From the NCBI GenBank assembly GCA_030390025.1, contig CM059431.1, positions 151,034,001 to 151,098,000 of the forward strand: a stretch of 64,000 nucleotides of DNA, written 5' to 3'. The stretch comes from Squalus acanthias (taxonomy: Eukaryota). Below, in pieces: positions 1 to 12,000 of the stretch; the stretch's first letter is position 1, and each line of letters opens with the position of its first letter. A program made the position numbers and the translations under genes. A model generated the notes under the pieces. That model did no database searches and was not told where the DNA came from. It worked only from the letters and a program-made list of their open reading frames with translations.

Positions 1-3000
1 TCTTTTCACATAGTCTCTTTTCCCCTGGGACTCTTTCCCCTGGGGCTCTTTTCCCTGGATCTCATTTCCCTGGGTCTCCTTCCCCTGGGACTCTTTCCCC
101 TGGGTCTCTTTTCCCCTGTGTCTCTTACCCCTGGATCACTTTTCCACTGGGTCTCTTTCCCCCTCTGTCTCATACCCATTGGTCTCTTTCCACTGGGTCT
201 CTTTCCCCTGTGTCTCTTTTCCCCTGGGTTTCTTTCCCCTGGGTCTATTTCCCCTGGATCTATTTCCCCTGGGTCTCTTTTCCACAGGGTCTCTTTGCCC
301 TGTGTCTCTATTCCCCTTGGTCTCTCTCCCCTGAGTCTCTTTCCCCTGCGTCTCTTTTCTCCTGGGTCCCTTTTACCCTGGGTCTCTTTCCCCTGCGTCT
401 CTTTTCACTTAGTCTACTTTCCCCTGGGTCTCTTTCCCCTGGGTCTCTTTTCCACTGGTTCTCTTTCCCCTGGGTCTCTTTTCCCCTGGGTCTCTTTACC
501 CTGGATTTCATATCCCTGGGTCTCTTTTCCCTGGGTCTCTATTCCCATGTGTCTCTTTTCCCCTGTGTCTCATTCAGCTGGGTTTCTTTCCCCGGTTTCA
601 CTTTTATCCCTGGGTCCCTTTTCCCCTGTGTTTCTTTTCCCCAGGGTCTCTTACCCCTGGATCTCATTTCCCTGGTCTCTTTACCCTGGGTCTCTTTTCC
701 CCTGTGTCCCTTTTAACAAGTCTCTTTTTCCCTGGGACTCTTTTTCCCCTGGGGCTCTTTTTCCCCTGGGTCTCTTTTCCCCTGGATCTCTTTCCACTTG
801 GTCTCTTTTCCCCTGGGGCTCTTTCCCCTGGCTCTTATTTCCCTGTTTCTTTTTCCCCTGGGTCTCTATTCCCACGGTTCTCTTTTCCCCTGTGTCTCAT
901 TCCCCTGGGTCTTTTTCCCCTGGGGCTCGTTTACCCTGGGTCCCTTTCCCCCTGGGTATCTTTTCCCCTATGTCTCTTTTCCCCTGTGTCTCTGTCCCCT
1001 GGGTCTCTTACCACTGGGTCTCTTTTCAAAAGGGTCTATTTCCCCTGTGTCTCTTTTCCCCTGGGTCCCATTTCCACAGGGTCTCTTTCCCCTGGGTCTC
1101 TTTTCACAATTCTCTTTTCCCCTGGGACTTTTTCCCCTGGGCCTCTTTTCCCCTTGGGTCTCTTTCCGCTGGGTCTATTTTCCCCTGGTTCTCTTTCCCC
1201 TGGGTCTCATTTCCCCACGGTCTCGTTCCCCTGGGTCTATTTTCACATGGTCTCTTTTCCACTGGGACTCTTTCCCCTGGGGCTCTTTTCCCCTGCGCCT
1301 CTTTCCCCTGTATCTCATTTCCCCACGGTCTCTTTCCCCCTGTGTCTCATCACCTGGGTATGTTTCCCCGTTGTCACTTTTTCCACTGGGTCCCTTTTAC
1401 CCTGGGTATATTTTCCACTGGAACTCTTTCCTCTGGGTCTCTTTTCCCCTGGGTCTCTTTCCCCCTCTGTCTCATACCCCTTGGTCTCCTTCCGCTGGGT
1501 CTCTTTCCCCTGGGTCTCTTTCCCCTGGATTTCATTTCCCTGGGTCTCTTTCCCCTGGGTCTCTGTTCCCATGGGTCTCTTTCCACTGGGTCACTTTTCC
1601 CTACGTCTCTTTCGACCTGGGTATCTTCCCCCAGTGTCTCTTTTTCCCCTGGGTCCCTTATCCCCGGGTCTCTTTTCCCCTGGGTGTCTTACCCCTGGAT
1701 CTCATTTCCATGGGACTCTGTCCCCTGGGTCTCTTTTCTCCTGTGTCTATTTCCACCTCTGTCTCATTCCCCTGTTCTTTTTTTCCCCTGGGTCTCTTTC
1801 CCCTGAGTCTCTTTTCCCCTTGTTCTCTTTCCCCTGGGTCTATTTTCCCCTGGTTCTCTTTCCCCTGGGTCTCATTTCCACACGGTCTCTTTCCCCTGGG
1901 TCTCTTTTCACGTAGTCTCTTTTCCCCAGGGACTCTTTCCCCTGGGGCTCTTTTCCCCTGCGTCTCTTTCCCCCTGTGTCTCAGTCACCTGGGTATCTTT
2001 CCCCGGTGTCTCTTTTTCCCCTGGGTCCCTTTGACCCTGGGTATATTTTCCGCTGGAACTCTTTCCACTGGTTCTCTTTTCCCCAGGGTCTCCTTCCCCC
2101 TCTGTCTCATACCCATTGGTCTCCTTCCGCTGGGTCTCTTTCCCCTGTTTTTTTTCCCCTGGTTCTCTTTTCCCCTGGGTCTCTTTCCCCTGGGTCTCTT
2201 ACCCCTGGATCTCATCCCTGTGTCTCTTTCCCCTGGGTCTCTTTTCCCCTGGGTCTCTTTCCCCTGGGTCACTTTTCCACTGGTGCACTTTCCCCTGGGT
2301 TTCATTTCCCCTGGGTCTCTTTTCACGGAGTCTCTTTACCCCTGGGTCTCTTTCCCCTGGGTCACTTTTCCACTGCTGCACTTTCCCCTGGGTTTCATTT
2401 CCCCTGGGTCTCTTTCCACTGGGTCTCTTTTCCCCTTGCTCTCTTTCCCCCTGGGTCTCTTTTCCCCTTGTTCTCTTACCCCTGTGTCTCATTTCCCCTG
2501 GGTCACTTTCCCCATGGTCTCTTTTCCCCTGGGTCACATTCCCCTGGATCTCAATTCGCTGGGTCTCTTTCCCCTGGGTCTCTATTCCCTTTGGTCACTT
2601 TTCCCCTTTGTCTCATTCCCTTGGGTATCTTTCCCCTGTGTCTCTTTTTTCCCTGGGTTACTTTTCCCCTGGGTATCTCTTCGCCGGGACTCTTTCCCCT
2701 GGGTCTCTTTCCCCTGGTTCTTTTTTCCCCTGGGTCTATTTCCCCTGAGTCTCTTCACCCTGGGTATCATTTCCCCTGGGTCTCTTTTCCCTGGATATCA
2801 TTACCTTGGGTCTCTCTTCCCATAGGTCTCTTTTCCCCTGTGTCTCATTCCTCTGGGTCACTTTCCCCTGGGTCTCTTTTCCACTTGGCCTCTTTCCCCT
2901 GGGTCTCGTTTCCCCTGGTTCTCTTTCCCCTGGGTCTCATTTCCACACGGTCTCTTTCCCCTGTGTCTCTTTTCACATAGTCTCTTTTCACCTGGGACTC

Positions 3001-6000
3001 TTTCCCATGGGGCTCTTTTCCCCTGGGTCTCTTTCCCCTGGATCTCATTTCCCTGGGCCTCTTTCCCCTGGGTCTCTATTACCACGGGTCTCTTTTCCCC
3101 TGTGTCTCATTCACCTAGTTATCTTTCCCCTGTGTCACCTTTTCACCAGGGTCCCTTTTCCCCTGGGTATCTTTCACCCTGGTACTCCTTCCCCTGTGTC
3201 TCTTTTCCCCTGGGTCTCTTACCCATGGATCTCATTTACCTTGGTCTCTTTTCCCCTAGGTCTCTTTCCCCTGGTCTCTTTCCCCCTGGTTCTCGTTCCC
3301 ATGGGTCTCTTTTACCTGGGTCTCTTTCCCCTGGGTCTCTTTTCCCTGGGTCTCTATTCCCATGTGTCTATTTTCCCCTGTGTCTCATTCCCTTGGGTAA
3401 CTTTCCCCTGTGTCACTTTTTCCCCTGGGTCGCTTTTCCCCTTGGTATCATTTCCCCTGGGTCTCTTTCCCCTGGGTCTCTTTTCCCCTGGGTCTCATTC
3501 CCCTGGGTCTCTTTTCCCCTGTTTCTCTTTCCACTGGGTCTCTTTTACCCTGGCTCACTTTCCCCTGGTTTTCTTTTAAACTTAGCCTCTTTCTCCTGGG
3601 TCTCTTGCCCCTGTTTCTCTTTTCCCCTGGGTCTCTTTCCGCTGGATCTCATTTCCCTGGGTCTCTTTCCCTTGGGTCTCTATTGCACTGGGTATCTTTT
3701 TCCCCTGGGTCCCTTTTCCCTTCGGTCTCTGTTCCCCTGCGACTTTTCCCCTGGGTCTATTTTCCCCTGGGCTTTTCTCCCCTGGGTCTCTTTCCCCTGG
3801 GTCACTTTCCCCTGGGTATCTTTTCCCTTGGGTCTCTTTCCCATGTGTTTCGTTTCCACTGGGTCTCTTTCACCTGGATCTCATTTCCCTTGGTCTCCCT
3901 TCCCATAGGTCTATTTTCCCCTGTGTCTCTTGCCCCTGGGTATCTTTCCCCTGGGACTATTTCCTCTGGGACTCATTCCCCTGGGACTCATTCCCTTGGG
4001 TTTCTTTACCCGGGTCTCTTTCCCCTGGGTCTCTTTTCCCTGGGTCTCTATTCCCATGTGTCTATTTTCCCCTGTGTCTCATTCCCTTGGGTAACTTTCC
4101 CCTGTGTCACTTTTTCCCCTGGGTCGCTTTTCCCCTTGGTATCATTTCCCCTGGGTCTTTTTCCCCTGGGTCTCTTTTCCCCTGGGTCTCATTCCCCTGG
4201 GTCTCTTTTCCCCTGTTTCTCTTTCCACTGGGTCTCTTTTACCCTGGCTCACTTTCCCCTGGTTTTCTTTTAAACTTAGCCTCTTTCTCCTGGGTCTCTT
4301 GCCCCTGTTTCTCTTTTCCCCTGGGTCTCTTTCCGCTGGATCTCATTTCCCTGGGTCTCTTTCCCTTGGGTCTCTATTGCACTGGGTATCTTTTTCCCCT
4401 GGGTCCCTTTTCCCTTCGGTCTCTGTTCCCCTGCGACTTTTCCCCTGGGTCTATTTTCCCCTGGGCTTTTCTCCCCTGGGTCTCTTTCCCCTGGGTCACT
4501 TTCCCCTGGGTATCTTTTCCCTTGGGTCTCTTTCCCATGTGTTTCGTTTCCACTGGGTCTCTTTCACCTGGATCTCATTTCCCTTGGTCTCCCTTCCCAT
4601 AGGTCTATTTTCCCCTGTGTCTCTTGCCCCTGGGTATCTTTCCCCTGGGACTATTTCCTCTGGGACTCATTCCCCTGGGACTCATTCCCTTGGGTTTCTT
4701 TACCCGGGTCTCTTTCCCCTGGGTCTCTTTTCCCCTGGGCCTCTTTGCCTTGGGTCACTTAGCCCCTGGGACTCTTTCCCCTGCATCTCATTTCCCCAGG
4801 GTCTATTTTCCCTGGATCTTTTCTCCCTGGGTCTCTTTTCCAAGGCTATCTTTTCCCCTGGGTCTCTTTCCCCTGGGTCTCTTTCCCCTGGGTCTCATTC
4901 CCCTGGGTCACTTTTCCCATGGTCTCTTTCCCCTGGGTCTCCTTTCCTCCTGGTTGAATTTCCTCTGTCTCTCTTTTCCCTGGGTCTCATTTCCCCACGG
5001 TCTCTTTCCCCTGTGTCTCTTTTCAAAAAGTCTCTTTTCACCTGGGACTCTTTTCCAAGGGGCTCTTTTCCTCTGGGTCTCTTTTCCCTGGTTCTCATTT
5101 CCCTGGGCCTCTTTCCCCTTGTTCTCTATTCCCAAGGATCTATTTTCCCCTGTGTCTCATTCACCTGGGTATCTTTTCTCTGTGTCACCTTTTCCATGTG
5201 TCCCTTTTCCCCTGGGTATATTTTGCCCTGGGACTCCTTCCCCCGTGTCTCTTTTCCCCTGGGTCACTTACCCATGGATCTCATTTAACTTGGTCTCTTT
5301 CCCCTGGGTCTCTTTCCCCTGGGTCTCGTTTCCACTGGGTCTCTTTCCCCTGGATCTCATTTCCCTGTGTCTCTCTTCCCATAGGTCTCTTATCCCCTTG
5401 ATCTCTGTTCCCCTGGGTTTCTTTCCCCTTGGTCTCTTTTCCCCTGGGTCTCTTTCCCCTTGGTCTCTTTTCCCCTGGGTCTCTTTCCCCTAGGTCTCTT
5501 TTCCCCTGTGTGTCTTTACCCTTGTTCTCTTTCCCCCTGGGTGTCTTTCCCCTGGGTCTCTTTTCCACAGGGTCTGTTTCCCCTGGGCCTCTTTTGCCCT
5601 GGGTCTCTTTTCCACAGAGTCTCTTTCTCCTGGGTCTCTTTTCCCCTGCGTCTCTTTTCCCCTGGTTTTCTTTCCCCTGGGTCTCCTTTACACTGGGTCT
5701 CTTTCCACTGGATCTAATTTCCCTGGGTCTCTTTCCGCTGGGTCTCTTTCCCTTGGGTATCTTTCGCTCTGGGTCTCTTTCCCCAGGGTCGCTTTTCCAT
5801 TGGGTCTCTTTACCCAGGATCTAATTTCCCTGGGGCTCTCTTCCCATAGGTTTTTTTTTCCCCTGTGTCTCATTCCCCTGGGTATCTTTCCCCTGGGACT
5901 CTTTTCCCCTGGGTCTCTTTTCCCCTGGGTCTCTTTCCCCTGGTTCTCTTTGCCCTGTGTCTCTTTTCTCCAGGGTCTCTTTTCCACAGGGTCCCTTTCC

Positions 6001-9000
6001 CCTGGGTCTCTTTCCCATGGGTCTCTTTTCCCCTGGGTCTCTTTCCCCTGGGCCACTTTCCCCTGGGTCTCTATTCCCATGGGTCTCTTTTCCCCTGGGT
6101 CTCTTTCCCCTGGGCCTCTTTCCCCTGGGTCTCTTTTCCCCTGGGTCTCTTTCTCCTGGGTCTCTTTTCAAATAGTCTCCATTCCCCTGGGTCTCTTTCC
6201 CCTGTGTCTCTTTTCCACCGGGTCTTTTTTCCCTTTGTCTCATTCCCCTGGGTATCTTTCCCTTGAGTCTCTTTTCCCCTGGGTCTCTTTTCACTGGGTC
6301 TCTTTCCCCTGGGTCTCTTTTCACATAGTCTCTTTTACCCTGGGTCTCTTTCCCCTGGATCTGATTTCCCTGGTTCTCTTTTCCCCTGTGTCTCATGCCC
6401 CTGGGTATCTTTCCCCTGGTTCCCTTTTCCACTGTGTTTCTTTACCCTGGGTCCCTTTCCCCTGGGTCTCTTTCCCCTATGTCTCTTTTCCCCAGGGTCT
6501 ATTTTCCCTGGCTCTTTTCCCCTGGATCTTTTCTCCCTGGGTCTCCTTTCCCCTGGGTCTCTTTCCCCTGGGTCTCTTTCCCCTGGGTCTCCTTTCCTCT
6601 GTGTTGAATTTCCACTAGAGTCACTTTCCCCTGTCTCTCTATTCCCAGGGTCTCCTTTCCCCTGTGTCCATTTTCCCTTGGTCTCCATTCCCCTGGGTCT
6701 CCTTCCCCTGGGTCTCTTTCTCCATGGTCTCTTTCCCCTGGTTCTCTTCCCCCTGCATCTCTTTCCCCTGGGTCTCTTTCCCCTGTGTCTCTTTCCCCTG
6801 GGTCTCTTTCCCCTGGGTCTCTTTCCCCTGTGTCTCTTTCCCCTGGGTCTCTTTCTCCTGGGTCTCTTTCCCCTGTGTCTCATTCCCCTGGGTATCTTTC
6901 CCCTGGGACTCTTTTCCCCTGGGTCTCTTTCCCCTGTGTCTCTTTCCCCTGGGTCTCTTTACGCTGTGTCTCATTCACCTTTGAATCTTTCCCCTGTGTC
7001 ACTTTTTCCCCTGGGTCCCTTTTCCCCTGGGTATCTTTTCCACTGGGATTCTTTCCCTTGGTCTCCTTTCCCCTAGGTCTCTTACCCCTGGAACTCATTT
7101 CCCTGGTTTTCTTTCCCCTGGGTCTCTTTTCTCCTGGGACTCTTTACCCCTCTGTCTCAGTCCCCTGTGTCTCTTTCCCCTGGGTCTATATTCCCATGGT
7201 TCTCTTTTCCCCTGTTTCTCATTCCACTGGGTATCTTTCCCCTGTGTTACTTTTTCCCCTGGGTCCCTTTTCCCCTGGGTGTCTTTTCCCCTGGGAGACT
7301 TTCCCCTGGGTCTCTTTCCCCCTCTGTCTCATTCCACTGGGTCTCGTTGCACTTGGTCTCTTACCCCTGGGTCTCTTTTCCCCTGGGTCTCTTTTCCCCT
7401 GGGTCTCTTTCCCCTGGGTCTCTTACCCCTGGGTCTCTTTTCCCCTGGGTCTCCTTTCCCCTGGGTCTCTTTTCCCCTGGTTCTCTTTCCCCTGTGTCTC
7501 GTTTCCACTGGTTCTCTTTCCCCTGGGTCTCATTTCCCCTGGGTCTCTTTGCCCTGTGTCTCTTTTCACGTAGTCTATATTCCCCTAGGTCTCATTCCCC
7601 TGGGTCTCTTTTCCACTGGTTCTCTTTCCCCTGGGTCTCATTTACTCTGGGTCTTTTTCCGCTGGGTCACTTTTACCCTTCATCTCTTTTCCCCTGGCTC
7701 TCTTTCCCCTGGGTCTCTTTTCCACTCGGTGTTTTTTACCCTGGCTCTCTTTTCCTGTGGGTCCGATTCCCCTGGGTCTTTTTGACCTTGGATTCTTTTC
7801 CACTGGGTAACTTTCCTCTGGGTCTCTGTACCCCTGGGTGTATTTTCCCCTGGGTCTCTTTCCCCTGTGTCTCTTTCCCCCTGGGTCTCTTTCCTACTCT
7901 GTCTCATTCCCCTGGGTCTCTTTCCCCCGCGTCTCTTTTCCCCTGGGTCTCTTTCCACTGGTTCTGTATTCCTCTGGGTTCGATTCCCCTGCGATTATTT
8001 TCCCCTGGGTCTCTTTCCCCTGGTTCTGTATTCCTCTGGGTTCGATTCCCCTGCGATTATTTTCCCCTGGGTCTCTTTCCCCTGGTTCTGTATTCCTCTG
8101 GGTTCGATTCCCCTGCGATTATTTTCCCCTGGGTCTCTTTCCCCTGGTTCTGTATTCCTCTGGGTTCGATTCCCCTGCGACTATTTTCCCCTGGGTCTCT
8201 TTCCCCTGGTTCTGTATTCCTCTGGGTTCGATTCCCCTGGATCTATTTTCCCCTGGGTCTCTTTCCCCTGGTTCTCTTTTCCCCTCGGTGTTTTTCCCCA
8301 GGGTCTCTTTTCCCCTGGTTCTGTTTTCCTCTCGATCCGATTCCCCTGGGTCTATTTTCCCCTGGGTCTCTTTCCCCTGGTTCTCTTTTCACTTCGCGAA
8401 TTTTCCCCTGGGTATCTTTGAGCTGTGTCACTTTTTCCCCTGTGTCTCTTACCCATGGATCACAATTCCCTTGGCCACTTCCCCCTGGGTCTCTTTTCCC
8501 CTTGGTCTCTTATCCCCATGGTCTCTTTTACCTTGGACTCTTTTCCACTGGGTATCTTTCCCCTGGGTCTCGTTTCACTTAGTCTCTATTTCCCTGGGGC
8601 TCTTCCCCCTGGGTCTATTTTCCCCTTGGTCTCTTATCCCCATGGTCTCTTTTACCTTGGACTCTTTTCCACTGGGTATCTTTCCCCCCGTGTCTCTTTT
8701 TCCCTTTGTCTCATTCCCCTAGGTATATTTCCCCTGTGTAACTTTTTTCCCCTGGGTCGCTTTTCCCCTGGGTATCTTTTCCCCTCGGACTCTTTCCCCT
8801 TGCTCTCTTTCCCCTTGGTTACTTTCCACTGGGTCTCTTTTCCACTTGATCTCTTTTCCCTTGTGTCGCTTTCCCCTGCGTCTCTTTCCCCCTTGTGTCT
8901 CTTTCCCCTAGGTATCTTTCCCCTGCGTCTCCTTTCCCCTGTGTCTTATTCCCCAGGGTCTCCTTTCCCTTGTTCTTCATTCCCCAGGGTCTCCTTTCCC

Positions 9001-12000
9001 CTGCGTCTCTTTCCCCCTGTGTCTCTTTCCCCGAGGTATCTTTCCCCTGCGTCTCCTTTCCCCTGTGTCTCATTCCCCAGGGTCTCCTTTCCCTTGTTCT
9101 TCATTCCTCAGAGTCTCTTTTCCCCTTGGTCTCTTTTCACCGGGTCTCTTTTCCACTGGGTCTCTTTTCCCTGTATTTCTTTCCCCTGGGTCTCATTTTC
9201 CCCTGGGTCTCTTTTCCCCGGGACTCTTTTCCACTGGGTCTCTTTTTCCACTGGGTCTCTTTTCCCCGGGACTCTTTTCCACTGGGTCTCTTTCCCCTGT
9301 GTCTCTTTCCCCTGTGTCTGTTTTCCCCTGGTTCTCTTTTCTCCTGGGTAACTTTTCCCCTGGGACTCATTCCGCAGGGACTCTTTTCACTAAGCCCCTT
9401 TTCCCCTGGGTCTCTTTCCCCTGATTCTCTATTCCCCTGGGTCTCTTTCCCCCTGTGTCTCTTTCCCCGAGGTATCTTTCCCCTGCGTCTCCTTTCCCCT
9501 GTGTCTCATTCCCCAGGGTCTCCTTTCCCTTGTTCTTCATTCCTCAGAGTCTCTTTTCCCCTTGGTCTCTTTTCACCGGGTCTCTTTTCCACTGGGTCTC
9601 TTTTCCCTGTATTTCTTTCCCCTGGGTCTCATTTTCCCCTGGGTCTCTTTTCCCCGGGACTCTTTTCCACTGGGTCTCTTTTTCCACTGGGTCTCTTTTC
9701 CCCGGGACTCTTTTCCACTGGGTCTCTTTCCCCTGTGTCTCTTTCCCCTGTGTCTGTTTTCCCCTGGTTCTCTTTTCTCCTGGGTAACTTTTCCCCTGGG
9801 ACTCATTCCGCAGGGACTCTTTTCACTAAGCCCCTTTTCCCCTGGGTCTCTTTCCCCTGATTCTCTATTCCCCTGGGTCTCTTTTCCCCTGTGTCTCTTT
9901 TCCCCTGGGTCTCTTTACCCCCTCTGTCTCATTCCTCTGGGTTTCTTTCGCCTTGGTCTCTTTCCCCTGTGTCTCTTTCCCCTGTGTCTCATTTTTGAGG
10001 GTCTCATTCCCATAGGTCTCTTTTCCCCTAAGTCTCATTCCCCTGGGTTTCTTTCCCCTGGGACTCTTTCCCCTGGGTCTCTTTTCCCCTGGGTCTCTAT
10101 TCCCCTCTGTCTCATTCCCCTGGGTTTTTTTCCCCTGGGTCACTTTCCCAAGGGTCTCTTTTCCCCTGGGACTCTTTCCCTCTCTGTCTCTTTCCCCTTT
10201 GTCTCCTTCCCCTGGGTCTCTTTTCACTTAGTCTATTTTCCCCTTGGTCTCTTTCCCCTTGATCTCTATTCCCCTGGGTCTCTTTTCCCCTGGGTCTTTT
10301 TCCCCTGGTTCTCTTTCCCCCTCTGCCTCTTTCCCCTGGTTCTCTTTCCTCTGGGTATCCTTTCCCCTGGGTCTCTTTCCCCTTGTTCTCTTTTCCACTG
10401 GCTCTCTTTCCCCTGGATCTCAATTCCCTGGGTCTCTCTTCCCATAGGTCTCTTTTCCCCTTAGTCTCATTCCCCTGCGTCTCTTTCCCTTGGGTCCCTT
10501 ATCCCCCGGGTCTCTTACCTCTGTGTTTCTTTTCCGCAGGGTCTCTTTTCCCTGTCTCTTTTCCCCTGGGTATGTTTTCCCTGTGTCTCTTTTTCCCTGG
10601 GTCTCATTCCCCTGGGTCGCTTTCCCCCTGGTTCTCTTTCCCCTGGGTCTCATTTCCTCTGGGTTGCTTTTCCCCTGGGTCTCGTTTCCCCTTGGTCTCT
10701 TTTCACCGGGTCTCTTTTCCACTGGGTGTCTTTTCCCTGTGTTTCTTTCCCCGGGCCTCATTTTCCCCTGGGTCTCTTTTCCCCGGGACTCTTTTCCACT
10801 GGGTCTATTTTTCTCCTCGGTCTCTTTTCTCCGTGACTCTTTTCCACTGGGTCGCTTTCCCCTGGGTCTGTTTTCCCCTGGTTCTCTTTTCCCCTGACTC
10901 TCCATTCCCCTGGGTCTCTTTCCACTGTGTCTCCTTCCCCTGGGTCTCTTTTCACTTAGACTCTTTTCCCCTTGGTCTCTATTCCCCTGGGTCTCTTTAC
11001 CCCTGTGTCTGTTTTCCCCTGGGTCTCTTTCCCACCTCTGTCTCATTCCACTGGGTCTCTTTCGCCTTGGTCTCTTTCTCCTGGGTATCGTTTCCCCTGT
11101 GTCTCTTTCCCCTGTGTCTCATTTCCCTGGGTCTCTCTTCCCATTGGTCTCTTTTCCCCTCTGTCTCATTCCCCTGGGTTTTTTTCCCCTGGGTCACTTT
11201 CCCAAGGGTCTCTTTTCCCCTGGGACTATTTCCCCCTCTGTCTCTTTACCCTGTGTCTCCTTCCCCTGGGTCTCTTTTCACTTAGACACCTTTCCCCTTG
11301 GTCTCTTTCCCCTGGGTCTCTTTTCCCCTGGGTCTTTTTCCCCTGGGTCTCTTTCCCCCTCTGTCTATTCCCCTGGGTCTCCTTTGCCTTGGTTTCTTCA
11401 CCCTGGTTCTCTTTCCCCTGGATATCCTTTCCCCTGGGTCTCTTTCCCCTTGTTCTCTTTTCCACTGGGTCTCTTTCCCCTGGATCTCATTTCCCTGGTC
11501 TCTCTTCCCATAGGTCTCTTTTCCCCTTAGTCTCATTCCCCTGGGTCTCTTTCTCTTGGGTCCCTTATCCCCCGGGTCTCTTACCCCTGTGTTTCTTTTC
11601 CACAGGGTCTCTTTTCCCTGTCTCTTTTCCCCTGGGTATTTTTCCCTGTGTCTCTTTTTCCCTGGGTCTCACTCCCCTGGGTCGCTTTCCCCCTGCTTCT
11701 CTTTCCCCTGGGTCTCATTTCCTCTGGGTTGCTTTTCCCGTGGGTCTGGTTTCCCCTGTGTCTCATTCCCCTGGGTCTCTTTTCACTTAGACTTTTTTCC
11801 CCCTGGTCTTTTTCCCCTGGGTCTCTATTCCACTGGGTCTCTTTCCCCTGGATCACATTTCCCTGGGTCTCTTTCCCTTTTCGTCTCAATTTCCCTGGAT
11901 ATATTTCCCCTGTTTCACTCTTTCCCCTGATTCCCTTCTCCCCTGTGTCTCTGTTCCCCTGTGACTCTTTCCCCTGGGTCTCTATTCCCCTGGGTCTTAT

